A stretch of 64,000 nt of DNA from Octopus sinensis (lineage: Eukaryota), in assembly GCF_006345805.1 (NCBI RefSeq), contig NC_043022.1, forward strand, positions 21,080,001 through 21,144,000, written 5' to 3'. The notes beneath the pieces were generated by a model, which searched no databases, was not told the origin of the DNA, and saw only the letters and a program-made list of their open reading frames with translations. Position 1 is the stretch's first letter. Each line of letters opens with the position of its first letter. Below, one piece after another: positions 53,161 through 64,000 of the stretch. Made by a program: the position numbers and the translations under genes.

Positions 53161-55008
53161 CTGAAGTGAGAAAACAAACAAAACTGAATGGTTATATCGG
53201 AAATAGATTTTAAAATAAAATTACCAATACTCTGCCTTTAGCATCACTTTTTTTATACTCTTTGACTTGTTTCAGTCATTTGACTGCGGCCATGCTGGAG
53301 CACCGCCTTTAATCGAGCAACTCGACCCCGGGACTTATTCTTTTGTAAGCCCAGTACTTATTCTATCGGTCTCTTTTGCCGAACTGCTAAGTAACAGGGA
53401 CATAAACACACCAGCATCGGTTGTCAAGCAATGCTAGGGGGACAAACACACAAACACACACACGCATATATATATATATATATACATATATATGACGGGC
53501 TTCTTTCAGTTTCCGTCTACCAAATCCACTCACAAGGCTTTGGTCGGCCCGAGGCTATAAGTAGAAGACACTTGCCCAAGGTGCCACGCAGTGGGACTGA
53601 ACCCGGAACCATCAGGTTGGTAAGCAAGCTACTTACCACACAGCCACTCCTGCGCCTATATGCTAATTTAGTTTATTGTAAGATTGAAATTCAAATGTAA
53701 TAAAATGTTTTAAAAGGAATTTAAAGTGCCTACGCGATAACTATAAACCTACTTTTGGGCCACCTCTGGATAGACATGTTTTTTGTTTTGGGGTGGTCGA
53801 TATAACTAATTATTTTCCTGGGGAATGTATGGACTTGTAGCAATGTTAAATATTACTGTAGACAGTATGGGGTTTTATAATTTTGTGAAGGAGGCAGCAG
53901 AACCATTGTCCAACTTGATAATCAAACATCATAATCCTAGTTGCACAAACTGGGTTAGTGTGCACATAAAACGTTTTATTTCTTTAGTAAACCTCTGCAG
54001 ATCATTAAATATTAATACTTTAACCATTCTGATACCAACCCGGCGCAGACCGCCTTTGGTTCTATTATACAAACTCTTCCTTTATTAAGGTGTTCTAAAT
54101 TAAAACCTTTCTTTGAAACTTTATGTTCCAAAACCTATTTAATTGCGAGAGGGTGCTGAAAGGTTGTTGGCCTTAATTAAAAAAAAAATAAAGGAGGATC
54201 AGTTAATTCTTTTACTTTTTTTTTACTTGTTTCAGTCATTTGACTGCGGCCATGCTGGAGCACCGCCTTTAGTCGAGCAAATCGACCACGGGACTTATTC
54301 TTTGTAAGCCTAGTACTTATTCTATCGGTCTCTTTTGCTGAACCGCTAAGTTACGGGGACATGAACAAACCAGCATCGGTTGTCAAGCGATTTTGGGGGG
54401 ACAAACACAGACACACACACACATATATATACATATACACGACAGGCTTCCTTCAGTTTCCATCTACCAAATCCACTCACAAGGCTTTGGTCGGCCCAGG
54501 GCTATAGTAGAAGACACTTGCCCAAAGTGCCACACAGTGGGACTGAACCCGGATGCATGTGGTTGGTAAGCAAGCTACTTACCACAAAGCCACTCCCGCG
54601 CTGTTAAATTTATTCAACATATTCCCCTCTCAGATTCACACACATATTGCAGCAGTCCTTCAGTTTTTCTAAGCCCTGTAGAAGAACTTGGAAGGTTGGG
54701 CCTCCAACCAGATCTTTCATGATAACCTTGAAGCCAGAAACTTTTAAGCACCCCTTTGTATATATACATATATAAAGCACCCACTACACTCTTGGAGTGG
54801 TTGGCGTTAAGAAGGGCATCCAGCTGTAGAAACTCTGCCAGATCAAGATTGGAGCCTGATGCAGCCATCTGGTTCGCCAGCCCCCAGTCAAATCATCCAA
54901 CCAATTGACTGAAACAAGTAAAAGAGTAAAAGAGATGATTGAAAATAAGTTAAAATGAAAAAATACTTATTAAAACTCCTTTACTTCAAGTAGAAATGGA
55001 AATACTTG

Positions 55009-55743
55009 GTGTCCTATAAATAGGACACTGAAACAATGTGATATAGCTTATTTAATGTTCTCATTTAGTGTCCTATAAATAGGACACTGAGACACTGACA
55101 ATGTGATATAGCTTATTTAATGTTCTCATTTAGTGTCCTATAAATAGGACACTGAAACACTGACAATGTGATATAGCTTATTTAATGTTCTTATTTAGTG
55201 TCTTATTTATAGGACACTGAGACAATGTGATATAGCTTATTTAATGTTCTCATTTAGTGTCCTATTTATAGGACACTGAGACACTGACAATGTGATATAG
55301 CTTATTTAATGTTCTCATTTAGTGTCCTATTTATAGGACACTGAGACACTGACAATGTGATATAGCTTATTTAATGTTCTCATTTAGTGTCCTATTTATA
55401 GGACACCGAGACACTGACAATGTGATATAGCTTATTTAATGTTCTCATTTAGTGTCCTATAAATAGGACACTGAGGCACTGACAATGTGATATAGCTTAT
55501 TTAATGTTCTCATTTAGTGTCCTATTTATAGGACACTGAGACACTGACAATGTAATATAGCTTATTTAATGTTCTCATTTAGCGTCCTATTTATAGGACA
55601 CTGAGACACTGACAATGTGATATAGCTTATTTAATGTTCTCATTTAGTGTCCTATAAATAGGACACTGAGACAATGTGATATAGCTTATTTAATGTCCTC
55701 ATTTAGTGTCCTATTTACGGGACAGTGGGACTTAATGGGTTAA
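55009..55743. repeat. Minisatellite of 11 full plus 1 partial 59/65-bp palindrome-containing units, ending in a piggyBac-like terminus
   Basis: Unit starts at 55009, 55068, 55133, 55198, 55257, 55322, 55387, 55452, 55517, 55582, 55647 and 55706. Right end is gggacttaatggg-TTAA. Confidence 0.92.
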
Positions 55744-55756
55744 AGTGACTTCTTAC

Positions 55757-55957
55757 CTCAAAGTTTTGGTCTTCCAATTCTCCACGGACAGAGAATTCTG
55801 GAAAGAATAGAGTCTCGGATAGAGGAATGGGTTTCTGAGTTGCCTCCTTCTTAGAGTTGAAGCTTCCATCGCGAACATCATTAATTGAAGCTAGTCTCGC
55901 CAGTCGTGCTGAACTTCGCGATTTACTTCGCACAAGTAAAGAATCGACCAAGAAAGA
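55757..55957 (-). CDS. RSKR: RSKR/SGK494-like kinase, most 5' coding exon identified (SFLVDSLL...TLFFPEFSVRGELEDQNFE)
   Basis: Acceptor ctctgcag, donor gtaaga; 201 nt, phase 0/0. LFFPEF resembles the LFLPEF motif preceding the RSKR kinase domain. The 5' boundary is less certain because the acceptor is duplicated. Confidence 0.78.
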
Positions 55958-56509
55958 CTGCAGAGGGGGAAAAAAGAAGTTAGAAAATGATCCTTTAATA
56001 AGATAAACTTTTTAAAATATCAACTAAAAATTTGGCAAGAAAGGCTGCAGAGGGGTGGAAAAAAGAAGATGGAAAATGATCAGCTTTGAATTTAAAATTC
56101 CTTTAACCCTTTTGATACTAACCCGGCTGAAACCGGCTCTGGCTCTGTGGTAAAATGTCTTGTTTTCATAAGTTTTGAATTAAAATCTTCCACCAAACCT
56201 TAGTCACAATTTGTTCTGAACACTGGTTTAATGACAACTAAGTTATTTTACAAAATTCTTTGTTATATTTAAAATAATTGAAAGAAACACAGAGCACCTC
56301 AAAATAAATACAGTAATGAAAGGGTTAATAAGATAAACTTTTTAAAATATCAACTAAAAATTTAGCAAGAAAGGCTGCAAGAATCAACCAAGAAAGACTG
56401 CAGAGGGGGTGGGAAAAAAGAAAGAAAATAATCAGTTTTGAATTTAGAATTACGGAGATGTACTTGCATAGCAAGTGATTTGATCTGAGATCGTGTGCTG
56501 AAACGAAAA

Positions 56510-56758
56510 CAATTGCAGCGTGGAAGGTGTTTGTAAGCCATTTAAGAAACACACAAAAGCCGTTCGATTCACTTCAACATTTAAGTTTAATTTGTCAAAA
56601 TATTTTCGTTGCTTTAAGACGGATTTTTGTCAGTGAACAGGTCGCGGTCTTAAAGCGACGAAAATATTTTGACAAATTAAACTTAAATGTTGAAGTGAAT
56701 CGAACGGCTTTTTATGTGTTTCTTAAATGGCTTACAAACACCTTCCACGCTGCAATTG
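56510..56758. mobile_element. Foldback of about 110-bp arms; head-to-head inverted Penelope-type terminus
   Basis: caattgcagcgtggaagg...gctttaagac and gtcttaaagc...ccttccacgctgcaattg. Confidence 0.85.
56626..56676 (+). ncRNA. Candidate type I minimal hammerhead ribozyme with G3-C8 core variant
   Basis: tttgtca | GTGAACA | g | gtcgc-ggtcttaaa-gcgac | GAAA | atat | T T | tgacaaa: 7-bp stem I, 5-bp stem II, palindromic aatatt stem III. Confidence 0.7.
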
Positions 56759-57804
56759 AATTTAGAATTGTTTTAATAAAGGAAACTTTGTAAAACATGA
56801 ACTAAAAATCTACCATCATGGAAGACTTCACCTGAACTTACTGCTGTAATTCTGGCGATTGGACAGGTGAGATTGTTGAATACGGAAGATTGGAAATGAT
56901 TGGATGTAAACAGCCTTTATTCTTCTAAGAATGAGGGTATGGTATCCGTCAGTGGTTGTTTTAGTTGTGAACCTTGCTGATCAGGAATCAGTTATATTTG
57001 ATTGTCCTTCCAAGGCCTCTGACTGGCAAGATGGTGGAAATTACACACACACACACATATACATATGATGGGCTTCGTTCAGTTTCCGTCTACCAAATCC
57101 ACTCACAAGGCTTTGATCAGTCCAAGGCTATAGTAGAAGACACTTGCCCAAGGTGTCATGCAGTGGGACTGAACCTTAAACCACGCAGTTGGGAATCAAG
57201 CTTCTTACCATACAACCATGCCTATATATATTGGCTATATATGTAAGATAGGGAGGACTTCTTTCAGTTTCTGCCGACCAAAATCCACTGATCCAAGGGT
57301 TGTAGTAGAAGGTATTGTTATGGTACCATGCAGTGAACTTGAAACCATGTCGGAAACAAACTACCACATGCCCATGCCTGCACTTTAACATACATATACA
57401 TGTGTACACACAAACATACTTGCATACATACACATAAACATACTTGCAGACATACACATATATGGTGCTTCCGGCCACGAACGGAAGCACCATCCGTTCG
57501 TGGCCGTTGCCAGCCTCGCCTGGCCCCCGTGCCGGTGGCATGTAAAAAGACCATCCGTCCATGGCCGTTTGCCAGCTCCGTCTGGCACCTGTACGGGTGC
57601 CACGTAAAAAGCACCCACTACACTCACGGAGTGGTTGGCATTAGGAAGGGCATCTAGCCATAGAAACACTGCCAGATCAGACTGGGCCTGATGCAGCCTT
57701 CTGGCTTCACAGACCACAGTTGAACCATCCAACCCATGCTAGCATGGAAAGCGGACGCTAAATGATGATGATGATGATGATATGTCATTGAAATTTCCTG
57801 TTTT

Positions 57805-58050
57805 TCAGACTTCAGGAGGGATGTCATCCAATTCTACAGCCTTTCGGGTTTTCGGTCTTCCTCAGTACGACTTCAAGCTCTTCTATCGAGAAGTGTCCCA
57901 GCTTGATATCTAGGACTTCCTCAATGATACGATGGATTTGCTGGTTTGGAGTACTTGGTGACTTCCCAAGAAGGTTTTGAAAATGGTCTTTCCATTTGCT
58001 CAGTCTCTCCCGAGCCTTCAACTTTGCTTTGAAGGATTTCTTTCTTCCAA
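57805..58050 (-). mobile_element. LINE ORF2 fragment (EN-RT linker)
   Basis: ERLSKWKDHFQNLLG...FSIEELEVVLRK resembles W..HF..LL and F...E....L linker motifs. Confidence 0.65.
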
Positions 58051-58133
58051 CCAATCATTTCATTTACTGTAACGTGCAGCGCTCAACATATCTTGGAGGG
58101 AGCACCCAACAAAACAGCGCTTATAAATGGGAA

Positions 58134-58285
58134 TGTACCGACTTTCTCATCAACCATCCAAGAGCTGAGATTGTACCGACTTTCTCATCAACCATCCAAG
58201 AGCTGAGATTGTACCGACTTTCTCATCAACCATCCAAGAGCTGAGATTGTACCGACTTTCTCATCAACCATCCAAGAGTTGAGAT
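58134..58285 (+). repeat. 38-bp tandem repeat, 4 copies
   Basis: tgtaccgactttctcatcaaccatccaagagctgagat repeated with one substitution. Confidence 0.93.
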
Positions 58286-59359
58286 TGAGGTTTGCTGGCC
58301 ACTGCTGGAGAAGTAAAGAAGAATTTGCAAGTAATGTGTTGCTGTGGACACCAAATCATGGTACCATGGAAGACCAGGTGTGAGTATCCATGCTGGTGGC
58401 ATGTAAAAGCACCTGTGTTAGTGCCGCATAAAAGCGCCTGCGATGGTGCAATGAAAAAGCAACCATGACGGTGCCACATAAAAGGGCCCATGTTAGTGCC
58501 ACATAAAACCACCAGTAATGGTGTTACATAAAAGTGTCTCTGACGGTGCCATGTAAATCCATTTATGCCATCCCACATAAAAGTACCCACTCTGGTGTCA
58601 TGTAAAAGCTCCCCGTACACTGTGTAAAGTGGTTAGGGTCGGAAAGGGCATCCAGCTGTAGAAATCAGGTCAAAACAGACATATATACATAAAAGTTGAA
58701 GAAGATGTTGGATGCCAAGTTGAAGACCTAAAAACATTAATGGAAGATTGGGAGGGATGGAGAGAGGTAATCAGGCTGGCCCAGGCAATCAACCTAACTG
58801 GATGATGCCTCGATTAAAAAAAAAATGTGTGTGTGTGTGTGTATTTAAATATATGGATGTGTATGTGTGTGTTTTATATATTTCTTCTTGTATTTTTGAT
58901 CTGTTTCAGTCATGCTGGGGCACTGCTTTTAAGAACGTTTAGTCAAATGAATTAACCCCTGGTACTTATTTTATTGATAACTTTTTGCCAAACTGCTAAG
59001 TTGCATGAATGTAAACACACTGACTCTGGCTGTCAAGCAGTGGTGGTGGGGACAAACACATACACATATGCAATGGTCTTCTTTCAGTTTCCATTGACCA
59101 AATCCACTCACGAGGCTTCGGTCAGCCCGAGGCTACAGTAGAAGACACTTGCCCAAGGTGCCACACAGTGGAACTGAACCTGGAGTCATTCAGTTGGGAT
59201 GCCAGCTTCTTACCACTTAGCCATTCCTGCACCTACATACATACTTACATATATATATATATACACCGGAGTAAACACATAAATGTGAAACAAGGTGGAA
59301 AAAAGAGTACTCAAATACCAGTGGTAGAGTAATATGCTTTATTTAAAGCAGCAGAAAAT

Positions 59360-59448
59360 TCAACAAAACCTGTTACTCTGAGTTTCCCGTTGCCGTTCAT
59401 CAGACGTCCGATGAACGGCAACGGGAAACTCAGAGTAACAGGTTTTGT

Positions 59449-59451
<3 letters not shown>
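59360..59451. repeat. 92-bp palindrome (1 mismatch) formed by family F termini
   Basis: Centre gac|gtc at 59405/59406; mismatch at 59402/59409. Confidence 0.92.
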
Positions 59452-59494
<43 letters not shown>

Positions 59495-60477
59495 TTATAT
59501 AAATAAAACCTAATTATGAGCCAACAGATGAACCTCTATATGGTCCTTCAACCTGCTGAAAACAGCAACTAAACCATCCTCAAAAGACAGGATGATCACA
59601 GCTGGAGTGTCTCAGAGCATAGGTTTGCTATCTACTACAAACACAAAATTGAGTTCTCAGGTCTAAAACCATACCTGCTGAAATTATGATTTTCTTAAGA
59701 CTGCCGGGTACGTGCTGAACAAAACAGTTTGCTAGCAAGGTAGCGAAAATAGCAAAAATGTATTTTAACATTTCCAAACTATCAAATTTCTCAAGTGAAG
59801 GCCACAGGTAAGTAAAAATAAACGAAATCACAAGACTTACAGGTGGAAGAAGATTAAGATGTATTGCTGCAGAAAACAGCCTAATCTATAAGTGCAACGT
59901 GATACAACAGGATTGTTGCTAACAGGTAGAAGTAGAAAGGGATGTTATGGGGGGGAGATAGGAGAAAAAGTATGTATGTATATATGTGTGTCAACGTGTT
60001 TTTGTTTGCATCTGTGATTGAATGTATACACAAAGATAAGACAAAAATGGAGAAACAGAAAGGGCTTTATCGATAACCGACTGCCAGAATTAGCGATGTA
60101 AATATTTAGAGAGAATCGGGCATTTTACCCAAAGAATAAAATTTCTATAGAAGAGAAGAAGAGAAAATAAGAAAGGTTCTGGCAATGCAGAAAGTCCAAA
60201 AGAAACCTTTATATTTCAGGCGCAAAGAAAAACAGTTTGGGAAATGACAGGTTCCATTAACCCTTTTGTTACCAACCCGGCTGAGACCGGCTCTGGCTCT
60301 GAGTACAAATGTCTTGTTTTCATAAGTTTTGAATTAAAATCTTCCACCAAACCTTAGTCACATTTTATGTTCCTAACAGAAGTTGAATGATAACCAAGTT
60401 ATTTTACTAAATTCTTTGTTATATTTAAAATTAATTGAAAGAAACACAGAGCATCTCAACAGAAATATGATTTCTAA

Positions 60478-61003
60478 TTTCAAGAAGCTCTTCACTGAGC
60501 ACCTGTCCCACCACTGCTTTGAGGTGAGGCAGAGCACAAACCCCACCCTTCAAGAGTTCTGGAAGGACGACTACAACATCATCATTTGCCTCAGAATTAT
60601 TGATAACGCTTGGCAAGGTGTTACAAAAAGGACCTTGACCTCTGGTGGGGAAGAAGCTGTGGCCTGAGGTTGTGTCTGAAACAGACTTTGAAAGACTCGA
60701 ACCTGAAGTGGCAGTGGTGGAGATTGTATCCCTCGGCAAGTCCATGGGCTTAGACATGGATGAAGGTGACATTGAGCTCATCAAGGAGCACTCTGAGAAA
60801 CTGACACTGGAGGAGTTAAAGGAGCTACAGACGCAGCAGCACATGGAAGTTTTTCAGAAAATAGGTGATGCGGAGGAGGTTATCTCTACAGGTGTGATAA
60901 AGGAAATGTTGGGAATGTGGGAGAAACTGTCAGACTTTATTCAAAAGAAAGACTTGCTTAACTCATTCCAGAAACATTCTGAAAGGAAAGATAGTGTCGT
61001 ATA
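60478..61003 (+). pseudogene. Tigger/pogo transposase C-terminal fragment
   Basis: TLQEFWKDDYNI..CLRIIDNAWQGVTKRTLTS, then a frameshift to KKLWPE...VVEIVSLGKSMGLDMDEGDI.ELIKEH.E.LT.EEL. Confidence 0.8.
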
Positions 61004-61349
61004 GCCAGCTTGAGATGATGCCTCCTGGGGTTATATTACAGCAACGTTTGTCCTAAACCAGGACTGCCATGTTATGTTGGCAAATAATCTTTACACTAAT
61101 TCAAAACTGTGAATAAATATACATTACACTTAAGCCTTTTGTTACCATATTCCTGTTGAAACACACTGCTTTTGTTTCAATTAATTCTGATAACAAAGAA
61201 GAACTTGGTAAAAATAACTTTGTCGCTATCAAGCTGATGCTTGGAACATAAATTGAAACGAGATTTTGCTTGAAGGTTTTGATTTAGATCACTGTAAAAG
61301 AAGTTTATATCATAGACACAGACACAGACGGAATCTGAAAGAAGCCCTT

Positions 61350-61380
<31 letters not shown>

Positions 61381-61577
61381 GAAAGAGTAAGCCCATAAAG
61401 GCAAAACAAGGTGGGAAAAAATAGTACTTGAATAGCAGAGGTTGAGTAATATGCTTTATTAAAAAGCAATAAAAATACCACAAAAATTGTTACTCAGAAT
61501 TTTATAAAGTGTGTGTGTATATATATATATATTATTATCATCATCGTTTAACGTCCGTTTGCCGCACTAGCACGGGT

Positions 61578-61611
<34 letters not shown>

Positions 61612-64000
61612 GAGGAGTGGCAGTGTGGTAAGAAGCTTGCTTTCCAACCAGATGGTTCCAGGTTCAGTCACACTGCATGGCACATTGGGCAAGTGTCTTC
61701 TACTATAGACTTGAGCTGACCAAAGCCTTGTGAGTGGATTTGGTAGGCAGAAACTGAAAGAAGCCCATCGTATACACACACACACACACACACAACATAT
61801 ATATATATATATATGTTTATATCTATGTATGTGTGACTTTGTGTTTGTTCCCCCACTACTGCGTGACAACTGGTATTGGTGTGTTTATGTCCCCGGGACA
61901 TAGCAGTTCGGCAAAAATGATTGATAGAATAAGTATCAAGCTTTAAAAAAAAATCTTTTAAAAGTCCTGGGATCAATACATTTGACTATAACTTCTGCAA
62001 GATGGTGCCCCAGCATGGCCGCAGTCTAACGATTGAAACAAGTAAAAAATAAAAGATATAATCAGGGGGACTCATGTAGGTTGGTATCAAAAGGGTTAAC
62101 AGAGTAATCTGAAGGTGAAAGAGTTAAAATTGAACTGCCAGGGGCAATCTCAGGTGGTTTGGGATAAAAAGGGTTAATTAATTGCTTTAAACAGACCAGA
62201 ATCAGCAGGTAACTGGTTGCTAACCAGCAGGAAAAACAATAATCTTCTGCTAAATACCAACGGAAATAACTTATTTGCCAACAATATTTAAATCCCTGAT
62301 ATCAAAACTCTTTAAAAGTTGTCAGAGAAGTAAGGAATGGGGACAATCTGGTGTAACAAAGAACTGTCGGTTAACTGAGCAATTAAAAAGACCACATAAA
62401 AAAAATCAAGAAATCTTTAAGTAGAAATGCATTGATTACAAAACGCTTTTGCCAGCAGGGAATCTATATATAAACAAAGCAATACCTGTATTATGACAAG
62501 TCTGAATGGAAATCATTGCATGACAGAGAGAGGATAAGGAAAACCTTTATCTGCTATACTCTTGTTTAGCTTTGAGTTCATAACAAATCATCATCATCAT
62601 TGTTTAACGTCCGTTTTCCGCGCTGGCACGGGTTGGACGGTTCGACCGGGGTCTGGGAAGCCAGGGGCTGCACCAGGCTCCAGTCTGATCTGGCAGTGTT
62701 TCTACAGCTGGATGCCCTTCCTAACGCCAACCACTCCGCAAACCATATTTGAATATAGGCGTAGGAGTGGCTGAGTGGTAAGTAGCTCGCTTACCAACCA
62801 CATGGTTCCAGGTTCAGTCCCACTGCGTGGCACCTTGGGCAAGTGTCTTCTACTATAGCCTCGTGCCGAGCAAAGCCTTGTGAGTGGATTTGGTAGACGG
62901 AGTTGAAAGAAGCCTGTCGTATATATGTGTGTATATATATATATACATGTACGTGTGTGTGTGTGTGTGTGTGTGTATGTGTCTGTCCCCCACCACCAAC
63001 ATTGCTTGACAACTGAAGCTGGTGGGCTTACGCTCCTGTAACTTAGTGGTTTGGCAAAAGAGACCGATAGAATAAGTACTAGGCTTACAAAGAATGAGTC
63101 CTGGGGTCGATTTGCTTGACTAAAGACGGTGCTCCAGCATGGCCACAGTCAAATGACTGAAACAAGTAAAAGAGAGAATAGGCACAGGGTTTGCTGTGCT
63201 GATGGAATTTTGCCTCCCAACCACACGGTTTGGGGTTCAGTCCCACTACTTGGCACATTGGGTAGGTGTATTTAAATATAGCTTCAAGCTGTCTAAAGCT
63301 TTGTGAGTAGATTTCATAGAAAGAAACTGAAAGAAGCCTGTGTAAGTATCCATGCTGGTGGCATGTAAAAGCACCTGTGTTAGTGCCGCTTAAAAGTGCC
63401 TGCGATGGTGCAATGAAAAAGCAACCATGACGGTGCCACATAAAAGGGCCCATGTTAGTGCCACATAAAAGCACCAGTAATGGTGTCACATAAAAGTGTC
63501 TCTGACGGTGCCATGTAAATCCATTTATGCCATCCCACATAAAAGTACCCACTCTGGTGTCATGTAAAAGCTCCCCGTACACTGTGTAAAGTGGTTAGGG
63601 TCAGAAAGGGCATCCAGCTGTAGAAATCAGGTCAAAACAGACAAACGGAGTCCAGGGAACTCACCAGCATGGAGAACCGATATATGATGCTGATGATCAT
63701 ATATATATATATATATATAAGCTGAAGTTGTCTGTGTATGGCAGGTTTGGTAACCTTCAACTAACACTATCTCCTCGGAGACCCTGCAGCGCAAGTTGAC
63801 CAAAATTGAGAGTATGATAGAAGAAGGCTTGCTCTCCCTTCCGTAGAAGAAAATATTCAAATCGGACCATGTTAACACCAAAAATTATTTACATAAAAAA
63901 GGTGCTTTCTTTCTATGAAAATCCCTATTTTTTATGATTTTTTGACTGCTGTGTTGCCATTTTTCGGTGTATTTCAACCAGAAAAATGTTCACTTAATGA

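Noticed and set aside
55009-55743. CRISPR-like array of palindromic repeats
   Set aside because: The intervening sequence is identical between units (no unique spacers), there are no cas genes, and the context is eukaryotic.
58378-58620. Short repeats with variable linkers resembling a CRISPR
   Set aside because: Degenerate tandem subrepeats of family B; the linkers are homologous to each other.

Overview
AT-rich, microsatellite-dense animal genomic DNA. The SINE families and (TA)n/(CA)n load suggest a coleoid cephalopod, probably Octopus (inference). Two convergent spliced protein-coding genes can be assembled by hand. (1) ICMT on +: three exons at 260-518, 1938-2155 and 4489-4671; the first exon lies upstream of the window. 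(2) An RSKR/SGK494-like AGC kinase on -: 13 phase-consistent GT-AG exons from 55957 down to 29875, giving 383 codons plus stop; the ATG exon was not found. The rest is mobile DNA: at least 4 tRNA-derived SINE families, RTE- and CR1-type LINE pieces, a decayed Tc1, a Tigger piece, a Gypsy relic, piggyBac (TTAA) and hAT (8-bp TSD) MITEs, and Helentron-type elements. The most unusual signal is a set of unrelated short elements, mostly arranged as head-to-head foldbacks, that carry Penelope-type minimal hammerhead ribozyme architectures. One is structurally complete and has a compensatory G3-C8 core swap (56626-56676); another sits at the tail of a tRNA-headed SINE. Other oddities: a GC-rich structured insert with a 33-bp target duplication, a piggyBac-palindrome minisatellite whose centre flips AA/TT, duplicated decoy splice acceptors, and a candidate 9-nt microexon. 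Nearly all long ORFs in the supplied track over (TA)/(CA) tracts are spurious. All coordinates were read by eye; repeat boundaries are approximate.
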